64,000 nucleotides of DNA from a virus: IMG/VR virus record IMGVR_UViG_3300032291_003679, positions 1 to 64,000 of that record; one strand, written 5' to 3'. The notes under the pieces are model-generated. The model was given only the letters and a program-made list of their open reading frames with translations, had not been told where the DNA came from and made no database searches. A program made the position numbers and the translations under genes. Position 1 is the first letter of the stretch; each line of letters begins with the position of its first letter. Positions 30,581 to 40,699 of this stretch are shown here, in pieces.

Positions 30581-30659
30581 GGACAGACTTACCTACACTC
30601 ATTAGGTGTAGGTAAGTCCGAGAGTCCTAGCGTTCGCGCTAACAGGAACGCTCGCGAGC

Positions 30660-31826
30660 CTACGAAACCAGTATGCGCGCCTTGCTTGGGCGTTTGTAGA
30701 ACCCAAAGCACTCATCACGGTCTGAACGCTCAACGCTCGCCGTGAACTCGATACGGTCACCCACGCTTGGGTCAAGCGCGCTAGGTTGCGAACCCCACAC
30801 GGTAAAGCCAGAGTCGTCACGCACGGTCATGACATAGCGCGTACCAAAGTCAGTATCTTTACTGTCCACCGATACAACCTTGCCGACTATCGTCACGCGA
30901 CCCACAGGGCAGGGTACGCGAACCTCATTAGCGCGTTCTTGCTCGCGTTCAGCCTTGCGCTCGGCAGATTCGAGGTGCTTGTCATAGGCACGAGCAAGGG
31001 ACACCAGCAAGCCCATGCGCTTGCTATCGGTCACGCCAGCAAGCACCACAGAACGCAGGTTCGCGAGATAGCCACTTTCATCAGTAGTTGCGCTAATCCA
31101 CTCGATAGCCAGCACAGCGCGCTCGTAATGCTCGCTAGTGGTCTCGACTTTCTCATCGCGACCTCTTGGGCGTAGAGCGTTATCTACTCGCATACGCGTA
31201 GTAATACCTTCGACACGATTACCGTCAGCGTCAGTAGAACTACGCCAGCCATGCGCCTCGATACACGCGAACGACAGCGCGACAATGCGTGTCAGGGACT
31301 CGCTCGAACCACCACCCGATGAACGGTAGTCATCACTCCACTCGCTCAAATCGTCATCGAAAGTTTCCCACACAGCAGGCAAATCATGACCAGTAAAGTC
31401 ACGCAAGCATGACTTACCTACACGATGACTAACGCCAGCCTCATCGCGAATAACTATCGTGAACTTGCGCGCACGATTATGCCCACAATGGTCACAGGTA
31501 GCAGGTGCGTTCAGCAGGTCAGTAGGTGCGTGTTCGCGAGCGTATGGTGCAACGCTCACGATGTTGCCCGTATCGAAATGCTCAACGCTTGCTACTACTT
31601 GCCAGCCACCAGCCAACACAGGGCGTTCACCGTGAACCACATACGCGATGAACGGCTCGACACACTCGCGACCCGACTCATCAGTACGCTTCTCGATAAA
31701 TCGACGCGTAATCTCGACTACGGGTGCAGATACACCCATGCGCTGGCAACGCTTCGCTAGAACGCGCTCGCGCTCGACTAACTCGGCTTCATAGTACGCA
31801 GGAACGATAATCTCGCTAGTGGTCAT
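30660..31826 (-). CDS. conserved phage protein with Zn-binding motif and C-terminal OB-fold
   Basis: CDHC..VGKSCL; GRVTIVGKVVS..GDRIEFTASV. Confidence 0.75.
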   Translation of the reverse strand: MTTSEIIVPAYYEAELVERERVLAKRCQRMGVSAPVVEITRRFIEKRTDESGRECVEPFIAYVVHGERPVLAGGWQVVASVEHFDTGNIVSVAPYAREHAPTDLLNAPATCDHCGHNRARKFTIVIRDEAGVSHRVGKSCLRDFTGHDLPAVWETFDDDLSEWSDDYRSSGGGSSESLTRIVALSFACIEAHGWRSSTDADGNRVEGITTRMRVDNALRPRGRDEKVETTSEHYERAVLAIEWISATTDESGYLANLRSVVLAGVTDSKRMGLLVSLARAYDKHLESAERKAEREQERANEVRVPCPVGRVTIVGKVVSVDSKDTDFGTRYVMTVRDDSGFTVWGSQPSALDPSVGDRIEFTASVERSDRDECFGFYKRPSKARILVS

Positions 31827-32120
31827 GACTTCCCCTTTCAGTAGGAACACCCAAACAATACCAGCACAGGTACAGGCTTCCCGATAGAGACTTACCTACA
31901 CCTGATGCGACTTACCTACACCTCTCGGACTTACCTACACCTAATCCGTCAGCAGGCGAACGAACAACAGCGTCAGCGTCAGCACGACCTACCTGCCGAC
32001 CCCACCCGTGTCGCGCCCCCTTCTGGGGGTTTGGGGGTGGGAGCCCCGAGGAAATCGGCGAAGTGCAACGGGGCTCCTCTTTCCAGCGCTGTCCCCACCC
32101 TCGCATGGTCGGGGACTTAC

Positions 32121-32288
32121 CTACACCTTCCTCTCTCGGAGTTCTCGGTATTGCTCTGCGAGGTCTTCCATAACAACTCGGGCACATGCGCCACAGAGTT
32201 GCTGGGAGACGCCCTCACAGGTGCAGTCGGGGGGAATCGGGAACTCGCCCGAATCGTCAGGAATCGGGGTGTTGTGAATCGCTCGCAT
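32121..32288 (-). CDS. small Cys-rich protein
   Basis: AAGGAG RBS; TAATG coupling; stop lies inside a 14-mer. Confidence 0.5.
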   Translation of the reverse strand: MRAIHNTPIPDDSGEFPIPPDCTCEGVSQQLCGACARVVMEDLAEQYRELRERKV

Positions 32289-32788
32289 TAGAACGCTCCT
32301 TCCTTGTCGGCGAGGAACTCCTCGTAACGCTCTGCGTCTGTCTTGTGCTCCTCGGAGACCCACTCGTGACCGTTGGAGCAACGCCAACCAACATCAACGC
32401 CGTTACGAAGAATGGGCTCAACTTCTCCGTGACAAGGAACAATGCTCCACAAGTCGGAAGGCTGGTCGGGCTCGGGATTGCCCGAAGGGACTTCCACTTG
32501 CCAGTCGCACAGTGGAGTCCAACCAACTGAATCGCAACGGAATGTCGTTCCGTCTACTTCCACTTCATCACGAACCGAAAGCGCCGTGTGTGTTCGGTTG
32601 TCCCACAGGAGAGGCTCAATGATGTCCCACAGCGAACCGTTGTATGTGTTCGTGTCGTGGAACACTCGCTCGCAAATGGCAAGCGCTGAATCTTCCGTGT
32701 CTAGGTCAAACTCAACCGATGTGATGTATTCGTTATGAATCACTGATTCTCCGAATGCCTTCCATGTGACTTTGATGTGCTTCTTCAT
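32288..32788 (-). CDS. hypothetical protein
   Basis: Start MKKHIK after AAAGGGG; RTHTALSVRDEV. Confidence 0.7.
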   Translation of the reverse strand: MKKHIKVTWKAFGESVIHNEYITSVEFDLDTEDSALAICERVFHDTNTYNGSLWDIIEPLLWDNRTHTALSVRDEVEVDGTTFRCDSVGWTPLCDWQVEVPSGNPEPDQPSDLWSIVPCHGEVEPILRNGVDVGWRCSNGHEWVSEEHKTDAERYEEFLADKEGAF

Positions 32789-33059
32789 TGGTGTGTCCCC
32801 TTTGTTGTTGGTGGGCTGCTGCCCACAAGCAATGTACCACGCACGGTTCAGACTTCCGAGGGTTACCTGCCGTTCTCCCCCGTTTCCGTGCCGTGTGCCG
32901 AGCAGGGGAGCCCCGTCGGTTGTCGCCGACTTTCGCGGGGCTCCTGCCCCCAGCGAGAACCTCTGGCACGGGTGGGTTCGGCAGGTAAGTGTGGAAGCCT
33001 GCCCCACGAGTGGTATCGTTTGGCAGGCCAACAAGGGCCGTACCTGAAAGGGGTATCCA

Positions 33060-33680
33060 ATGAAAGTAATAGAAGTAAGCGCACGAAAGGGTGGGGTCGG
33101 CACAAGCACTGTGGCCGTATCGCTCGCCGTTGCTCTCTCGCAGGCCAAGCCCAAGAGCGTTCTGTTGGTGGACACTTCACCAAACTCGGACACATGGGCT
33201 ATCGCAGGAGCCTCTACTCCTGTCGGCCCAAAGAAGTCCAGCACCACGCTCGGAGAGCATGAACTCTTGCTCATCAAGACAGGTGGCAACACTCTCGCCA
33301 CCTTGGAACACGATGACCTGTTCTCATTTGACTTCGTCGTTATTGACGCAGGCCTTTCACCAGCCTCTCACTACTTCGGCGAGACACCATTCCGTGTGTC
33401 CGTCGTGAACAACTCGTATCTCTCGCTTCGTGCGCAGGCGTTCACAGGTGGCCTCTACGCCGATGGGATTGTGTGCGTTCATAACGACGGCTTCGTTCTG
33501 AATGAGAAAGATGTCAAGAGTGTTCTCGGTGGTCGTTTCGTTCACTACTTCGGAGTGGACAACGCTGTTGCTCGTGCGATTGACGCAGGCCTCTACGCCA
33601 CATCACGCACCAACCTGTTCGCAGATTGGACAGGCTCGTTCATACAGTTTCACGAACTCGTAGAGCCTTCCAAAGTCTGA
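33060..33680 (+). CDS. ParA/MinD/CpaE-like ATPase with degenerate Walker A
   Basis: KGGVGTST, VLLVD, DFVVIDAG. Confidence 0.8.
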   Translation: MKVIEVSARKGGVGTSTVAVSLAVALSQAKPKSVLLVDTSPNSDTWAIAGASTPVGPKKSSTTLGEHELLLIKTGGNTLATLEHDDLFSFDFVVIDAGLSPASHYFGETPFRVSVVNNSYLSLRAQAFTGGLYADGIVCVHNDGFVLNEKDVKSVLGGRFVHYFGVDNAVARAIDAGLYATSRTNLFADWTGSFIQFHELVEPSKV

Positions 33681-33777
33681 CCAACTAGGTGTAGGTAAGT
33701 CTCACGGGAAGTCTGAACCGTTGGTGGTACATTCCTTCTGTCGGCAGGACCGTCTTGCCGACAGAAAGGGGCCACCA

Positions 33778-33969
33778 GTGGCACAGTTCATAATCACCGA
33801 GTTTCCGAGAGGCTCACGCAAGGCAAACGCCCAGTGGGAGTTCGCAACTCGTGCCGAGGCCGAGGCCTTCCGAGACGCAAAGGTAGCCGAGGGCAACGAG
33901 AGCGTGTCCTACCAACTCGCTCACCGTGACCGACCAGCAGGCCTAGCAAACCTGCTTCGCCGTCAATAG
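33778..33969 (+). CDS. small hypothetical protein
   Basis: GTG after GAAAGGGG; own promoter. Confidence 0.6.
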   Translation: MAQFIITEFPRGSRKANAQWEFATRAEAEAFRDAKVAEGNESVSYQLAHRDRPAGLANLLRRQ

Positions 33970-34189
33970 CCGACAGGCCGACAGACTTACCTACACCCTC
34001 ACGGCAATGGGTGTAGGTAAGTGGCTGACGGGGCACGGCTTGGGGGTGGGAGCCCCGGTGGGGGCGCTGGGCGTAGCGGGGCTTCTCCCCTCAAAAGCGT
34101 TCGTGAACACGGGTGGCACGGCAGGTGAGTCGGGAAGTCTGACCCATGGGTGGTACATTGTGTGTATCACCAACAAGAAAGGGATACCG

Positions 34190-34375
34190 ATGAACGAGCC
34201 AATCAATCACACAGAAACAGACTGGGACGCCATTCTCGCAGAAGAGGCTCTCGCCGAACAGGCGTTTGAGGAACTTGCTGCTTTCGGAGAAGGCGCGACA
34301 ATCGTGAATGTTCTGACTGGCGAGCGCTGGACAGCAGGGAAGCGTCAGCGTCCAACAACAAGAAAGAAGGCATGA
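34190..34375 (+). CDS. small hypothetical protein
   Basis: GAAAGGG RBS; own promoter. Confidence 0.65.
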   Translation: MNEPINHTETDWDAILAEEALAEQAFEELAAFGEGATIVNVLTGERWTAGKRQRPTTRKKA

Positions 34376-34728
34376 GAGAAATGAGCGAAGCACTCACTAA
34401 CTACTGGAACGACGTAGAGGAGGCAGTCAAGGGCTCACGCCTCATCGCGTGGGACACCTGCCACAAAATCTACATCGCGATGGACGAAGAGCAGGTTGAC
34501 TGGTTCAGCGAACACTACGCCCCCAACACGTTCACGGGGACAGCGAACGAAATGCTCGCAACGCTTCGTCAGTGGTACAGCGACTCGTGCCCACTGAAGT
34601 TCATCTCAGCCGTGACCACGAACCACGAAGACCCGAACGCAGGATTTGAGAGCCTCATTCCTCAGGGTGCTGAATGGGAAGATGAAGAAGACGAAGACGA
34701 AGACGACTACGAAGACGAAGAGGTGTAG
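34372..34728 (+). CDS. hypothetical protein with acidic tail
   Basis: WDTCHKIY; stop lies inside a 14-mer. Confidence 0.7.
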   Translation: MREMSEALTNYWNDVEEAVKGSRLIAWDTCHKIYIAMDEEQVDWFSEHYAPNTFTGTANEMLATLRQWYSDSCPLKFISAVTTNHEDPNAGFESLIPQGAEWEDEEDEDEDDYEDEEV

Positions 34729-34735
34729 GTAACTC

Positions 34736-35074
34736 ATGGCGACCGAAACAACACCCGATGAGTTCGCCCTCATGGACTCACGCAATGCGTTCGCGTGGAA
34801 CCTGCTGACCGAACTGCGCGAGCGTTCCACGAACCCCGAGGTCGTGGAGGCTTCCGAGATTCTGCTCGCGAACATCACCGACCCGACCGACTACGCCGTC
34901 ATCGTGTGGGCGAATGAGGACGACCTCTGTTCGTTTGACGAGACCGAGTGGGGAACGGACGAGAACGGTTATTGGAGCGACTGCTACGAGACCCCTCTCG
35001 TGTGGTGCGACCGACAGGACGAGCACTCGCTCATCGTCTGGTACTCAGCGAAGTACGGAGAGACAGAGGTGTAG
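34736..35074 (+). CDS. highly acidic hypothetical protein
   Basis: Start and stop both in or next to 14-mers. Confidence 0.65.
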   Translation: MATETTPDEFALMDSRNAFAWNLLTELRERSTNPEVVEASEILLANITDPTDYAVIVWANEDDLCSFDETEWGTDENGYWSDCYETPLVWCDRQDEHSLIVWYSAKYGETEV

Positions 35075-35270
35075 GTAAGTCCCCCACTTACCTACGCCCT
35101 CACGGCAATAGGTGTAGGTAAGTCGGCTGACGGGGTGGGAGCCCCGGCTGACGCCCTCACTTTGTTCGGTTGTCCTCGGCAGCAATGAAGGGAAGCAGGC
35201 GGGGCTCTTTGATGAAGTAAACCCCCTGACCTCTTTCGAGGGGGGGGTTACCTACACCTATCGGACTTAT

Positions 35271-35555
35271 CTACTTTCTTTCTAGTTCTCGCTCGGCCTC
35301 TTCGAGGTTGTCTGCGTGGAAGATGTCAGAGCATCCGTCTGGCAGCGTTGTGACAACGATGTACTCGGTGATGTTGAGAAGTTCTGTCCGATGCTCTCCG
35401 ACGGCCTCAACCTCGGCAACTCGCTTCCACAATGCCTTGCTGCCGTTCGTTATCAGGATGCTCTCATCACCCGTGTAAGTCCCAATGAACTCTAAGGATA
35501 CATCGGCTGCCTTAGCCCATTCCTCTGCCTCGAACCATTCGCTGAACTGTTTCAT
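35271..35555 (-). CDS. hypothetical protein
   Basis: GAAAGGGG RBS; own promoter. Confidence 0.7.
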   Translation of the reverse strand: MKQFSEWFEAEEWAKAADVSLEFIGTYTGDESILITNGSKALWKRVAEVEAVGEHRTELLNITEYIVVTTLPDGCSDIFHADNLEEAERELERK

Positions 35556-35802
35556 TTGCTGCCCCTTTCACTTGGCTGCCATAACAGTACCACAGCAGGT
35601 ACAGACTTCCCAAGACTTACCTACACCTACTAGCAGGCGTGACCTGCACGGCTTTGACTTACCTGCTGCCCTTCCCGTGTTGTTCTCTGCGACCTCGCTC
35701 TTCTCCCCTTCGGGGAGCCCCGTTTATTTTGGTTGCTTGCAAACGGGTCAGTACGGCAGGTAGCATTTCGTCATCAAGCCACATCACCTCAAGGAGAGAA
35801 CA

Positions 35803-36126
35803 ATGGCAACACCAAAGAAGAAACCAGTCGTAAAGAAAGCTCCGGCCAAGAAAAAGCCTGCAGCCAAGAAAGCCGTAGCGAAGAAGACCCCAGCGAAGAA
35901 GACCCCAGCAAAGAAAGCTCCTGCCAAGAAGACTGCAGCCAAGAAGGCATCGCCGGCAAAGAAGGGCACGCTCCCTCGTAAGAGCGCAAAGACAACCACA
36001 AGTGCTGCAACTGCTACTTCCACGACTTCTGTCACTTCACGTGTGAAGATTATCCCCATCACCAAGACCAGCGTTACCTCCACTGTTTCGGGTGCGAAGG
36101 TTACCTACAAGGTTAAGAAAAAGTGA
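35803..36126 (+). CDS. histone H1-like / HupB-tail-like Lys-Ala-Pro DNA-binding protein
   Basis: PAKK repeats; AAGGAG RBS. Confidence 0.75.
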   Translation: MATPKKKPVVKKAPAKKKPAAKKAVAKKTPAKKTPAKKAPAKKTAAKKASPAKKGTLPRKSAKTTTSAATATSTTSVTSRVKIIPITKTSVTSTVSGAKVTYKVKKK

Positions 36127-36398
36127 AAGAAATAACTCGGCAAGAAATCTCCGACATGTTTGAGGACATGGGGGAATCTGCGCTATTGATGGATGGATTC
36201 GAAAGTGCGTTCATCGGGCACAGCCAAAGAATCAACGAGCCGGTTCTCGCCGTCTACTCGAGGGCCAAGATGGTGGAAGTCCTTATGTCCCGTGACGGGA
36301 TGACAGACGACGAAGCAGAAGAGTTTATCGAATACAACTGCGTTGGTGCGTGGGTAGGGGAACAGACGCCAATCATTGTCAACGACTTCTTGGTTTAG
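36123..36398 (+). CDS. conserved phage hypothetical protein
   Basis: DGFESAFIG..EAEEFIEYNCVGAWVGEQTP. Confidence 0.75.
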   Translation: MKEITRQEISDMFEDMGESALLMDGFESAFIGHSQRINEPVLAVYSRAKMVEVLMSRDGMTDDEAEEFIEYNCVGAWVGEQTPIIVNDFLV

Positions 36399-36602
36399 TC
36401 GACTTTTCGACTAAGGGCAACAAGACCGGCGAGGGCCCTTGCGCAAACGCCGTGAGCTCGCTGCTTCAGAAACAGGGACAGCACGCGTCCGAAAAGATTT
36501 CTTCTCTTTGCCTTGTTCTTCTGGCTTCTTCTTTTCGTCCATAGACCCATTTTCCCACATTTTGCCAAACTAGACGGGGAGGTGTAGGTAAGTCGAAAGG
36601 TG

Positions 36603-36803
36603 CTAAAAAAGTGGAATGTCTGCGCTTGGAGCCTTAGAGGCGCAGAACTCATGCTTGTATTCATGAAGCTCCTCAACAACACGATTGACTGTCTTGCCGT
36701 TCGACTTCAGCCATACGATGGTTTTACGTTCTACCGTATTGTCTCCAGGGCGAAGCGAAAGTCCACAGATAGAGCAGGTGAATAGTGGTGGCAATCCAGC
36801 CAT
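36603..36803 (-). CDS. small Zn-binding protein
   Basis: GAGGGAGG RBS; CxxC..HxxC. Confidence 0.55.
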   Translation of the reverse strand: MAGLPPLFTCSICGLSLRPGDNTVERKTIVWLKSNGKTVNRVVEELHEYKHEFCASKAPSADIPLF

Positions 36804-36884
36804 GTCAGTCCCTCCCTCGTGGGGATTTCTTTAGAAGTAGATAAGTAAGCAAGAGCACTGCCAGTCCAAGGAAAGCGCTGCAAC

Positions 36885-37070
36885 TCACTTTCGCCAGTCC
36901 CTTACGAAACCGTCCATGTAGTTCTCCATGGCTTCGTCTGTGCCACACTCAGAGCAGATTTCCGTCTTGTTATCAAGGCGCGAAATAGCCCCCGGGTATG
37001 CCCCCGGCATTTCGTTGTTGGGAATAAATCCCTCACAACGGGGACAAATGTGCTTTGTCGCTGTGTGCAT
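36885..37070 (-). CDS. small Zn-finger protein
   Basis: CPRC..AISRLDNKTEICSECG; AGGAG RBS. Confidence 0.7.
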   Translation of the reverse strand: MHTATKHICPRCEGFIPNNEMPGAYPGAISRLDNKTEICSECGTDEAMENYMDGFVRDWRK

Positions 37071-37254
37071 TGTTTCTCTCCTGTGTCTAGGTACATGAGG
37101 AATAATAGCCCCACTTATGGAATCTTGCAACAGTTTGCTGCAGCAGGTCATTATGTGACTAGTATGTGCCTAGGACCGGTGGGGCTCGCGCAACCTCTCT
37201 CCTTTCGGTACATCCCCAGTGCGAGCCTCGCCGGTTTCTACTATTCTAGAAACA

Positions 37255-39171
37255 ATGAGGTTGTACCTAGATAAGAATGAGATAGTGCTGGACTTTCCCT
37301 ACGACCAGCATCAGGTTTCCGAACTGAAGCAGATTCGTGGAGCACGGTGGGATAAGCAGACGAAGTTGTGGCGTGTACCTATTACGTCTCTTGCAGAGGC
37401 ACGTGAGTTTGCTATCAAACATGAGTTCGACGTAACAATCGACGTACTTACATTCAGTGCCCCCAAGCCACGCACCGGCACAGCGAAGGTGTACCTCGAT
37501 GAAGACATGATTGCTGTTCGTGTTCCGTACGAACGCGTCATAGTAAAAGCAGTGAAACAGATTCCGGCAGTGTCGTGGAATGCGAAGAAACATTATTGGC
37601 AGGCACCAGCGTCATCTGTTCTCAATGTAATGGAGTGGGCAGAGAAGTTCGAAGTACCCGTAGAGCCCGAAGTATCTGCGATGTCGAGCGAAGTTACTGC
37701 ACGCATGAATCAGTTCATTGAGGCATCACGCTCAACAGAGGCAGAGATAGAGATACCTACACTCCAAGGAGAACTGCTGCCATACCAGCGCGCAGGTGTT
37801 GCCTACGCATCGAGTGCCAAGCGCACATTCATTGCTGACGACATGGGATTAGGCAAGACGCTGCAATCAATAGCAACGCTCGAATACGTGTGGGATTCGT
37901 ATCCTGCTGTTGTCGTGTGTCCTCCAAGTCTTGTACTCAACTGGGTAGCAGAATGGAATCGATGGCTTCCGAACAGAAGAATCGCTCACGTGACGAACCG
38001 AAAGGATTTCCCTGAACGTGGTTCGTATGACGTCGTCATTGTTGGATACAGCAACATTGCTCATTGGGAGAAGAGACTCGCCGGCCATCGTGCTTACATC
38101 TTCGACGAGAGCCACTATGCGAAGACTCCAACTGCACAGCGCACAAAGGCAGCAGTGAAGATGGCAAAGTCTGCGCACAAAGATGGAATAGTTTTGTGCC
38201 TCACTGGAACACCCGTGACTAACCGACCAAACGAATACGCATCACAGTTAGAGATTCTCGGTCGTCTCAAAGACTTCGGAGGACTATGGGGTTTTTATCG
38301 TCGTTATTGTGCTGCGTATCAAGACAACTTTGGACAATGGAACATCAGTGGCAACTCACATCTCGATGAACTAAACGAAAGACTGCGTGGCACGTGTTAC
38401 ATACGTCGAACAAAAGACCAAGTTCTATCAGAGTTGCCACCCGTAATACATAGTCGTGTTCTTGTCGAAGGAAGCTCGACAACGATGAAAGAATACGTCA
38501 AAGCAGAGAAGGACATTCTTCTTTACATCGCAGAGAGAGCACGTCAACTCGCTCTCGAACAAGGAAAGCCATCGTATGGAGCAGCGATTGCAGCGATGAT
38601 TCGTGCAGAAGCAAATGAGCATCTTGTACGACTATCAGTACTGCGCAAAATTGCAGCAAAAGCAAAAATGGAAGTAGCAGAGGAATGGATAAATGCGCGT
38701 ATCGAGAATGGTAAGAAAGTCGTTGTCGCTGCTCACCACCGTGACATCGTTGATGAACTCGCTCGTAAATACGGCAATCTTCGAATTCAGGGTGGCATGT
38801 CGGTCGAAGAGGTGGAAGAGAATAAGCGTCGCTTTCAGACCGAGAGCGTGGAAAGCGCACCTGTCATTGTTCTTTCGATTCAGGCTGCAAAAACGGGACA
38901 CACACTAACAGCAGCAGAGGAATGTCTATTCTTGGAACTTCCGTGGACGCCTGCTGATGTTGACCAAACTTATAGTCGGCTCCATCGTCTTGGACAAAAA
39001 GGCAGCGTAACGGCGACTTACATGTTGACGTCAGGAACGATTGATGAGGAAATCTATGAAATCATCGAAGCAAAGCGTTCTGTTGTAGACGCAGCAGTCG
39101 AAGGTGGAAGTGTAGGTAACTCTGACTTGTCTACAAAGATGATTATGAGTCTGCTCGACAAACTTGCTTAG
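37255..39171 (+). CDS. SNF2-family helicase with N-terminal HARP-like repeats (SMARCAL1-like)
   Basis: DDMGLGKT, DESH, LTGTP, QTYSRLHRLGQ; two W..W HARP-like repeats; leaderless. Confidence 0.9.
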   Translation: MRLYLDKNEIVLDFPYDQHQVSELKQIRGARWDKQTKLWRVPITSLAEAREFAIKHEFDVTIDVLTFSAPKPRTGTAKVYLDEDMIAVRVPYERVIVKAVKQIPAVSWNAKKHYWQAPASSVLNVMEWAEKFEVPVEPEVSAMSSEVTARMNQFIEASRSTEAEIEIPTLQGELLPYQRAGVAYASSAKRTFIADDMGLGKTLQSIATLEYVWDSYPAVVVCPPSLVLNWVAEWNRWLPNRRIAHVTNRKDFPERGSYDVVIVGYSNIAHWEKRLAGHRAYIFDESHYAKTPTAQRTKAAVKMAKSAHKDGIVLCLTGTPVTNRPNEYASQLEILGRLKDFGGLWGFYRRYCAAYQDNFGQWNISGNSHLDELNERLRGTCYIRRTKDQVLSELPPVIHSRVLVEGSSTTMKEYVKAEKDILLYIAERARQLALEQGKPSYGAAIAAMIRAEANEHLVRLSVLRKIAAKAKMEVAEEWINARIENGKKVVVAAHHRDIVDELARKYGNLRIQGGMSVEEVEENKRRFQTESVESAPVIVLSIQAAKTGHTLTAAEECLFLELPWTPADVDQTYSRLHRLGQKGSVTATYMLTSGTIDEEIYEIIEAKRSVVDAAVEGGSVGNSDLSTKMIMSLLDKLA

Positions 39172-39620
39172 TCGTTGTTCGGCTTTGACTCAGTCGTGTC
39201 GACACCCGAGATTATTTCCTGAGCAATCAACTTCGCATACTTTCTGCGAAGACGCCAAATCTTTCGATTCATCTCAATCAGTTCTTTGCTCATGCGAGCC
39301 TTGATGATTGCGTCGTCATCGAATACGCCATGAATAGTAAACAGCGCATCGTGCAGTTCTGTGTCTTCGATGAGAATGTCTGAAATCCACCCAGCACGAT
39401 TGTCGATTGCCATCATCAATTCACACATTCCCTCGACACCAAACTCGTCGAAAAGTCTGTTTACGACAATGTTGCAGAAGTGTCTTCTGTACAACCTTTG
39501 GGCCTTCTGTGATTGAGACATGAACTCTGACAGCCATACTGCAAGTTCTGCGCTCGAACGTTCATCTCCACTTTCATAGGCAGAGTCGATGAAGTCGTCA
39601 TCATCTTCGTCATCATGCAT
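39168..39620 (-). CDS. hypothetical protein
   Basis: GGGAGAGG RBS. Confidence 0.65.
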   Translation of the reverse strand: MHDDEDDDDFIDSAYESGDERSSAELAVWLSEFMSQSQKAQRLYRRHFCNIVVNRLFDEFGVEGMCELMMAIDNRAGWISDILIEDTELHDALFTIHGVFDDDAIIKARMSKELIEMNRKIWRLRRKYAKLIAQEIISGVDTTESKPNND

Positions 39621-39673
39621 GACGCCTCTCCCTTATGTCCGGAACTCTACCCAAATGATAACAGCAGTAGACA

Positions 39674-40699
39674 TTACACTGCTGACAAGAGATGGTCTTG
39701 CGCTTTTACCTTTGCTCGTGACACCCATGAATTCGCACTCATCGAAGCAAGCGCACGTTCTGTCAATGTTGCGTCACGATAGTGGTCAAGGTATTCACCA
39801 ATCGCATTGACAAGCGACCAGCCGTTATACCCATAGTTCTTTGCGTTGTTGTCATTCGCATACACGGCACGAACTAGCGCAACTACCTCTTCACGGTTCT
39901 TTTGCTGACGTTCGGTTGCATCTTTTGCTAATGGAAACACGGCGTCAAGAGTCTTGTCGAGAATAGGTGACGATGCAGGGACATTGATTGATAACAGTTG
40001 TTCTGCTGTGCGAGAGAACTCACGAGCCCATGCGCTAGAAATGTTGAGAACTTCGTTTGCCTGTTCCATTGCTCTATCTGCATTGCGTGTATGTCTTGCA
40101 GTGAATACTCGCTTCGCTGACGAAACGCCAGCAATCACTGTGTTTTTACACACGGCACGAATGCTTGTGTTTGCGAACGTGATTGCCGTCTTGCCGTCGT
40201 GACCGTTATGCACTAGCAGGTAACGCTCGATTGAGTCGTTGATACCCATGGGGTCGATGATGAGGGAACCCATGTCAATAGATGCAAAGAACTCTCGACC
40301 ATCATGCAGGACTCCACACGTATCTACAACGGCGTCTCCCCCCGATGCGCCAACGATGTCGAGCGCATAGTCAAGACATTCACGATTTTGCTGAACGACA
40401 TAGCGTGTACCAACGGTGGCGAGACCGTCGAACGAACCGTCTGCGTTCACCCGTACGGTTGCACGGGAATCGGGAACAAGAATCGTAGTGCCATCAGGCT
40501 GACGAATCGGCTCACCGGTATCGTCACATACGGCAACCCGTGTTGTCACTACGTCGAAATCTGCCTGCGCTGCTTGGAGCATTGCCTCTGCTGTTTGCAG
40601 ACCTTTCATGGCTGTACCCATTCGGTGCCACGGGATTTCTCGGTCTACATACGCCATGCGTACTGTGCCGTCTTCGTTGATTTCTAACTGATGAGCCAT
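39674..40699 (-). CDS. DUF932/DUF945-family phage/plasmid protein
   Basis: PWH.G, YVVQQN, NGHDG, IRAVCKNT, RHT, NAIGEYLDH. Confidence 0.85.
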   Translation of the reverse strand: MAHQLEINEDGTVRMAYVDREIPWHRMGTAMKGLQTAEAMLQAAQADFDVVTTRVAVCDDTGEPIRQPDGTTILVPDSRATVRVNADGSFDGLATVGTRYVVQQNRECLDYALDIVGASGGDAVVDTCGVLHDGREFFASIDMGSLIIDPMGINDSIERYLLVHNGHDGKTAITFANTSIRAVCKNTVIAGVSSAKRVFTARHTRNADRAMEQANEVLNISSAWAREFSRTAEQLLSINVPASSPILDKTLDAVFPLAKDATERQQKNREEVVALVRAVYANDNNAKNYGYNGWSLVNAIGEYLDHYRDATLTERALASMSANSWVSRAKVKAQDHLLSAV

